Position numbers and translations under genes: made by a program. A stretch of 63,731 bases of DNA, counting the filler, from Rhabdomonas costata (lineage: Eukaryota): NCBI GenBank assembly GCA_019059605.1. It is 27 parts of 27 records of this genome, joined end to end, with 100 filler letters (N's around TTAATTAATTAA, not from the genome) between each part and the next. Parts side by side here need not be neighbours in the genome. Positions count along the whole stretch, not along the records: positions 59,105 to 61,366 come from JAHMHO010004436.1; positions 61,467 to 63,731 come from JAHMHO010004437.1; 25 more parts are not named here. One strand, 5' to 3'. Position 1 is the first letter of the stretch. Each line of letters starts with the position of its first letter. The notes under the pieces are model-generated. The model made no database searches. It had not been told where the DNA came from and saw only the letters and a list, made by a program, of their open reading frames with translations. Below, in pieces: positions 59,345 through 63,731 of the stretch.

Positions 59345-60781
59345 GCGTGGCTTGTGGTGGTGGCTACTTTGGTGGGCTTTCCCAACGGCTCCGCTGCACC
59401 GGTGTTCTACGAGTTTGCAGCACAGCTTACCTTCCCTGCCAGCGAAGGGAATGTGCTCGCCTTCGATTTGCCAACCCCCCCCCGCTGCACGGAGAAAATT
59501 GAGCCATACGTATTCTCAATCTTAGACTTCTGAAAGATCGCCGTCTCAAGCCTTGATCATCACTGTTCTGGGAAATGCCTCACCGGCGGAGTAATCTTTT
59601 AAAGAATGAGAGGTGGTGGTGGTGGTTGCGTCGACTTATCTTGCTCTGTGAGGATTAAATACAAATGCACACTTGTTCCCATGGGCGCCACAGGAGCTCC
59701 GCCAGCGCGCTGTCGCTATTTGAGAATATCGGGTCCCTGGTGCTGTACCAGGGCGTGGCCAAGTTCTGCGGCCCGCTTACAGTGAATCTGGTGTACACGC
59801 TGGGGATGGCCCTCTGTGTCGTCATGCTGCTGAAGGTCACGTGACTGCGCAATGCATGAATTCGATTACGTATTTAGCAAACTTATCCATGTGTGGTGGG
59901 GAGCACCACCTACCTTGCACCAATCGTCAGGCGGTGGGGTGGACCTCCTTTCTTCAACTTCAGTTTGTTCGGCTTGCCTGGGACGGAAGCAGGATGGAAT
60001 GCAAGAGTTGACGTATGCGTTTTTGTGTTCGTGTTAGTGCATGAATGTGCGTGGGTTGCGTTCGGGGTACGCCCACCGTTGTTGCAGACTAACCCGCGAA
60101 AACAACACTGACATTGCCTGCTTTATGCCTGTCCTCTGCAGTCTTTCAAATACCGCCTGTGGGGCAACACAGTGAAGCGAGATCCAGTGGAGCTCCCAGC
60201 ACAAGTGGTCTTTGCACTATTCCGCTGCAGCTTTTTTCTCGTTCATGTCATATCCTTGCAGGTAAAGGAACAGTACCGCCGAGATGAAATGGACATGGAG
60301 GTTTGTACTCAACTCTCCATCTTTTAAACCCAGTGTTCATTGGATAGAACTCGCTTTGTAGGCACCGTAGCATGGGAAAAGAGATCTCCTTTAATTTGGT
60401 TCAAGCAAGGCGTTTGGGAGTCTGGGTTTGAATTTTTTTGCTCAATTCATTGGCACCTGCATCCCGTTAATTGTTTGTACTGTATAGGGAGTGCAAAGGA
60501 GGACATTTTGCTCAGCGCTTTATTTCCAGGAACGTACACGTCGAGCTACTCCAGTTCTTTTCCAATTTCCAGTACCAAAGGCGAACCACGACGATTTCCC
60601 TGCCTTTCTTTTTTTCTTGCAGATCGCTAAATCCGAATCCATGGCCTCAGACGCGCCGATCTACTCCCCGCTGAAGCTCTTTCAGTCAGACGAGGCCCTG
60701 GACTTTGAGAGCTACTCCTACCATCCCCCACAGCGCTCCCTGCTTCCGTCGGAGCGAACCCCGCTGCTCTCAGCACCATAG
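59345..60781 (+). CDS. MFS transporter, SLC49 (FLVCR/DIRC2)-like, C-terminal part (exons 59345-59448, 59694-59835, 60142-60204, 60262-60300, 60623-60781)
   Basis: LVGFPNGSAAPVFYEFAAQLTFPASEG|SSASALSLFENIGSLV matches the FE.A.E.TYP..EG.S.G motif of SLC49. The last TM is followed by ..YR, and the protein ends with ERTPLL. Confidence 0.75.
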
Positions 60782-62527
60782 CAGGAAATGTGGTGAGGGT
60801 CTGTCTTGTGCACCTGCCCCACGAGTAACGCCCACGCCTGCCGGAGCAGCCGCGCGTGCACCAGATTTCCCATCCACACCCTCCCCGATGCTGTCGAATC
60901 AGCTCATGTGTATTGTTTTTTTTCGCACCGGTTCGAAATCAATACGTGTGGTCTCGAGCACCATTAGTTGCTACGTTTGGGTAAAGGTCCTTCGTAGGAA
61001 AAGGAAAGTCATCCCGGGGGCGTTGCTCCACTCACCCGCCAAAACATGTGCGCTGAAAGTTCGTGCATTTGTTCCCCACTGGAGCCACCTGTCATGGCCT
61101 GCATCATGGAATAGACCACTGGGCTGCTTTGGCTTTGCCCTGAATTTGTGGATGCACTTTCGCTTTGCCCCTACTCGTGAAAAGACGATGTTCAGATTGT
61201 GAGTGCAGTTTCTCTTCGTTGGAAAGCCAGAATTGCTCATGAGGCCTCCTTAGGCAGAGGCATGTGGGTTGGTGTCCTTCCCACCGCAAAGCTGCGTTGC
61301 CAAGGCTGCATTTTTGCTGGCACCCTCTGGAACACAGTGTCTATTTTTCAACCCACCCCCCCCACANNNNNNNNNNNNNNNNNNNNNNNNNNNNNNNNNN
61401 NNNNNNNNNNTTAATTAATTAANNNNNNNNNNNNNNNNNNNNNNNNNNNNNNNNNNNNNNNNNNNNTGGGTAGAGGCAAGACCTCCAGTAACACACCTCC
61501 CAGCGGAACCCTCGAAAGCAAATGCCTTTGAAAAGAGCAGCCATCAGAAGCTACAGCAAGAGAAGTCCAGCTAAACCACCCGCTTTGCCCAAGACCCCGT
61601 CCCCGCCTCAGCTAAAGAGCCCCAGCCCCCAGCTAGAGCAAGCAATCGCGGAGTCGGAGTGCCAGACGCAACACGCACACAAGCCAAAAGCTAAAGATAT
61701 AGCCCACGCGGCTGCGACAGACTGCAGCGCACAAGGAGAGGAAGCCAGACCGGGATCGGGGTAAACTCAGCCTCATACTGGGTGTTTCCATAAACCGCGG
61801 CATCGCCCACTTAGTGAAAGCTAAGTCGTGATACATGCTGTCAGAAGAGGAGCCCAGAGCCACGACCACCAGCAAGAGGTAGGAGGCACGTAAGAGTCTC
61901 GGCAGATAGACGGCGTGTGACAATGTGCGTGGATGGGCACGGCGCACACTCTCACCCCAATGCCCGCCGTATTTTCCAGCACTAACAGCAGCACCAACAT
62001 GTGTGCAGAACAAGCAGCACAAGACCACGCCACAGCACACCGCGCCAAGGCGCCATGTGTGTGACGGCGGCCCACGTCGTTCGCCTCCATGTGCACACGG
62101 GGAAACCCACCAAACCCGGCCAGCTGAGGTCGTTCTCACCGTAGATTAGATAAAAAAAGATGCGGAAAACTTTGGCGTTCGCCCTCTTCAATTCGGGATA
62201 CGTGAAGAGACTGCTAACAGTTGGTCGTTAACCGTTGGTTCTTGTTTTCCTTTTGTTCCGCTGGTGCCATACCGCCAAAGGTGGACACCCGTGTTTCGTA
62301 TGCCTCCGGATGATCAAAACGGAGGGTGGAAGAGGGAGGGAGGGGGAGAGAGAGAGAGAGAGTCCGAAAAGAGGGGAGAGGGTCAGTGTGGACGCGAGGC
62401 TTTCGATGAAAGGTAAATGTGCGAGCGGACAAGGGAGAGGGGGAGAAATTTCCATATGTTGTTGGTCTAAGGGGAATAGGCCAGAGAGGAGGAGGGAGGG
62501 AGAGGGGGAGAGAGTGTGTGTGTGACA

Positions 62528-62561
<34 letters not shown>

Positions 62562-63731
62562 CGCCGCCGCCCGAGGAGGGGAGTGTGCCACGGCTCCGGC
62601 CACGTAGGAAAGCCTTCGAGTGGATGAAAAGATAAAGAACACGTTGTTGTTCGCAGTCGTATGAAATTTTTATTCGTTTTCGATAGCGTGAAGGGAGTGG
62701 TCGATATACCAGATTCAAGCGGAATGGTTTACAGGCAAAAGAAGGAACAAGAGCGTTGTTGCGGCAAGCGCCAAAACATATTCTGCTGCTGGTATGAGAC
62801 TTCAGAAAAGGTCAAGAATTGATGGAGTAGCGGTTCATTTGGACAAAGCCAATGGAGAATGTAACGGGAGATATATGAGAGCAGTTGAATGGAGAGAAAG
62901 TTGAGGTCAAAGGCGAAGCAAGACCAAGAATATCTGACCGAGGCAAGTCGGGAAAAACCACAACCCCAGTATATGACACCCTGCCCGGCAGAAGAGCGAA
63001 GCAAGAGAGGGAAAGGAGAGAGAGAGAGAGAGAGAGAAGGGCAAGACCCCCGAGCGAGACAGTGAAAGAAAGGAACGGGAAGGAAAGTGGAAAAGACGGG
63101 AAAACAGGATGGCACTGCAAGCGAAAGGCACAGGAGAAAGGAGAGCAGACAGGAGAAGAGATAACGCGCACCACAGATATAAGAAGAGAGGCGCTCAAAT
63201 AGACGGGAAAGGCTTGAGGCAAGACGATGGCTAAACAGAAGGCCAAGCTAAAAGAGGATTATAGAAGAGATGGTGGTGATAAATACTTGCGAGGATAAAA
63301 GCAATCCTCGATGCGCATGTGCACGCGTTTGTTTAGTTTTTGCCCAGCGAGGATCGACCATATGAAGAGGCGATGAATTTCACAACGAGGAGATGGAGAA
63401 TTAAAAGAGGAACAAGTCAATGTTCTTCAACGCCGATTTCAAGATATTAGTAAAAAGGTCTGAAAACCAACGTCTGACGTCGGATGTTTTTTGTTGAGTT
63501 TGATTCGGTTATACTTTGGTTTTCGTGGTGTTTTTGGTTGTGACTAGAAAGCTGTTTACCTATTTTACAAGTTACAGCTAAAAGCTCAGCGGAGCAAGGC
63601 TAAAGCGATGTAGAGGCGACCCAGGGATAAACGTTGAGAGCTGAACCTTTTCACTTTCCCCTGTGCTGTGCTTTGGTGCTGCTCCCTTCTTGATTGCCTT
63701 GTTTTTGTGTGGGAAAGGCGTAAGCTGACGG

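Noticed and set aside
2309-61422. Regularly spaced TTAATTAATTAA resembling a repeat or CRISPR-like array
   Set aside because: It is an artificial six-frame-stop linker embedded in N runs. Gene-neighbourhood arguments across spacers are also invalid.
1-63731. Most ORFs in the six-frame track
   Set aside because: They are antisense shadows of GC-rich exons or read-through of introns and repeats; the real genes are spliced.

Overview
This window is not one locus. It is 27 unrelated contigs of about 2.25 kb joined by 26 artificial 100-nt spacers (44 N + TTAATTAATTAA + 44 N). The DNA comes from an intron-rich eukaryote with GC-rich exons, GT-AG and GC-AG introns and microsatellite-rich introns; a euglenid-like protist is my inference. 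G/T-only contig starts, C/A-only contig ends and a fold-back chimera point to a degenerate-primer whole-genome-amplified library. Gene fragments reconstructed by hand from exons: an ankyrin protein, two Cache-like membrane sensors, SDHAF4, two ABCB transporters, a DEAD-box helicase, an Ig-like (Big_9-type) receptor, a bacterial-type ThrRS-N/uridine-kinase fusion, a virus/phage-like nucleotidyltransferase-family protein, an LRR protein, an IQ-motif protein, a Sushi/CCP protein and an SLC49-like MFS transporter. Two decayed Ty3/gypsy pol fragments are also present. The most unusual signal is a non-coding repeat family seen in three contigs (2365-2998, 11826-13740, 54378-55260). It pairs a telomere-like G/T tract with an array of back-to-back hairpins that share apex motifs, and in one copy it lies directly 3' of a gypsy integrase. 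All family assignments are from motif recognition; no database search was run.
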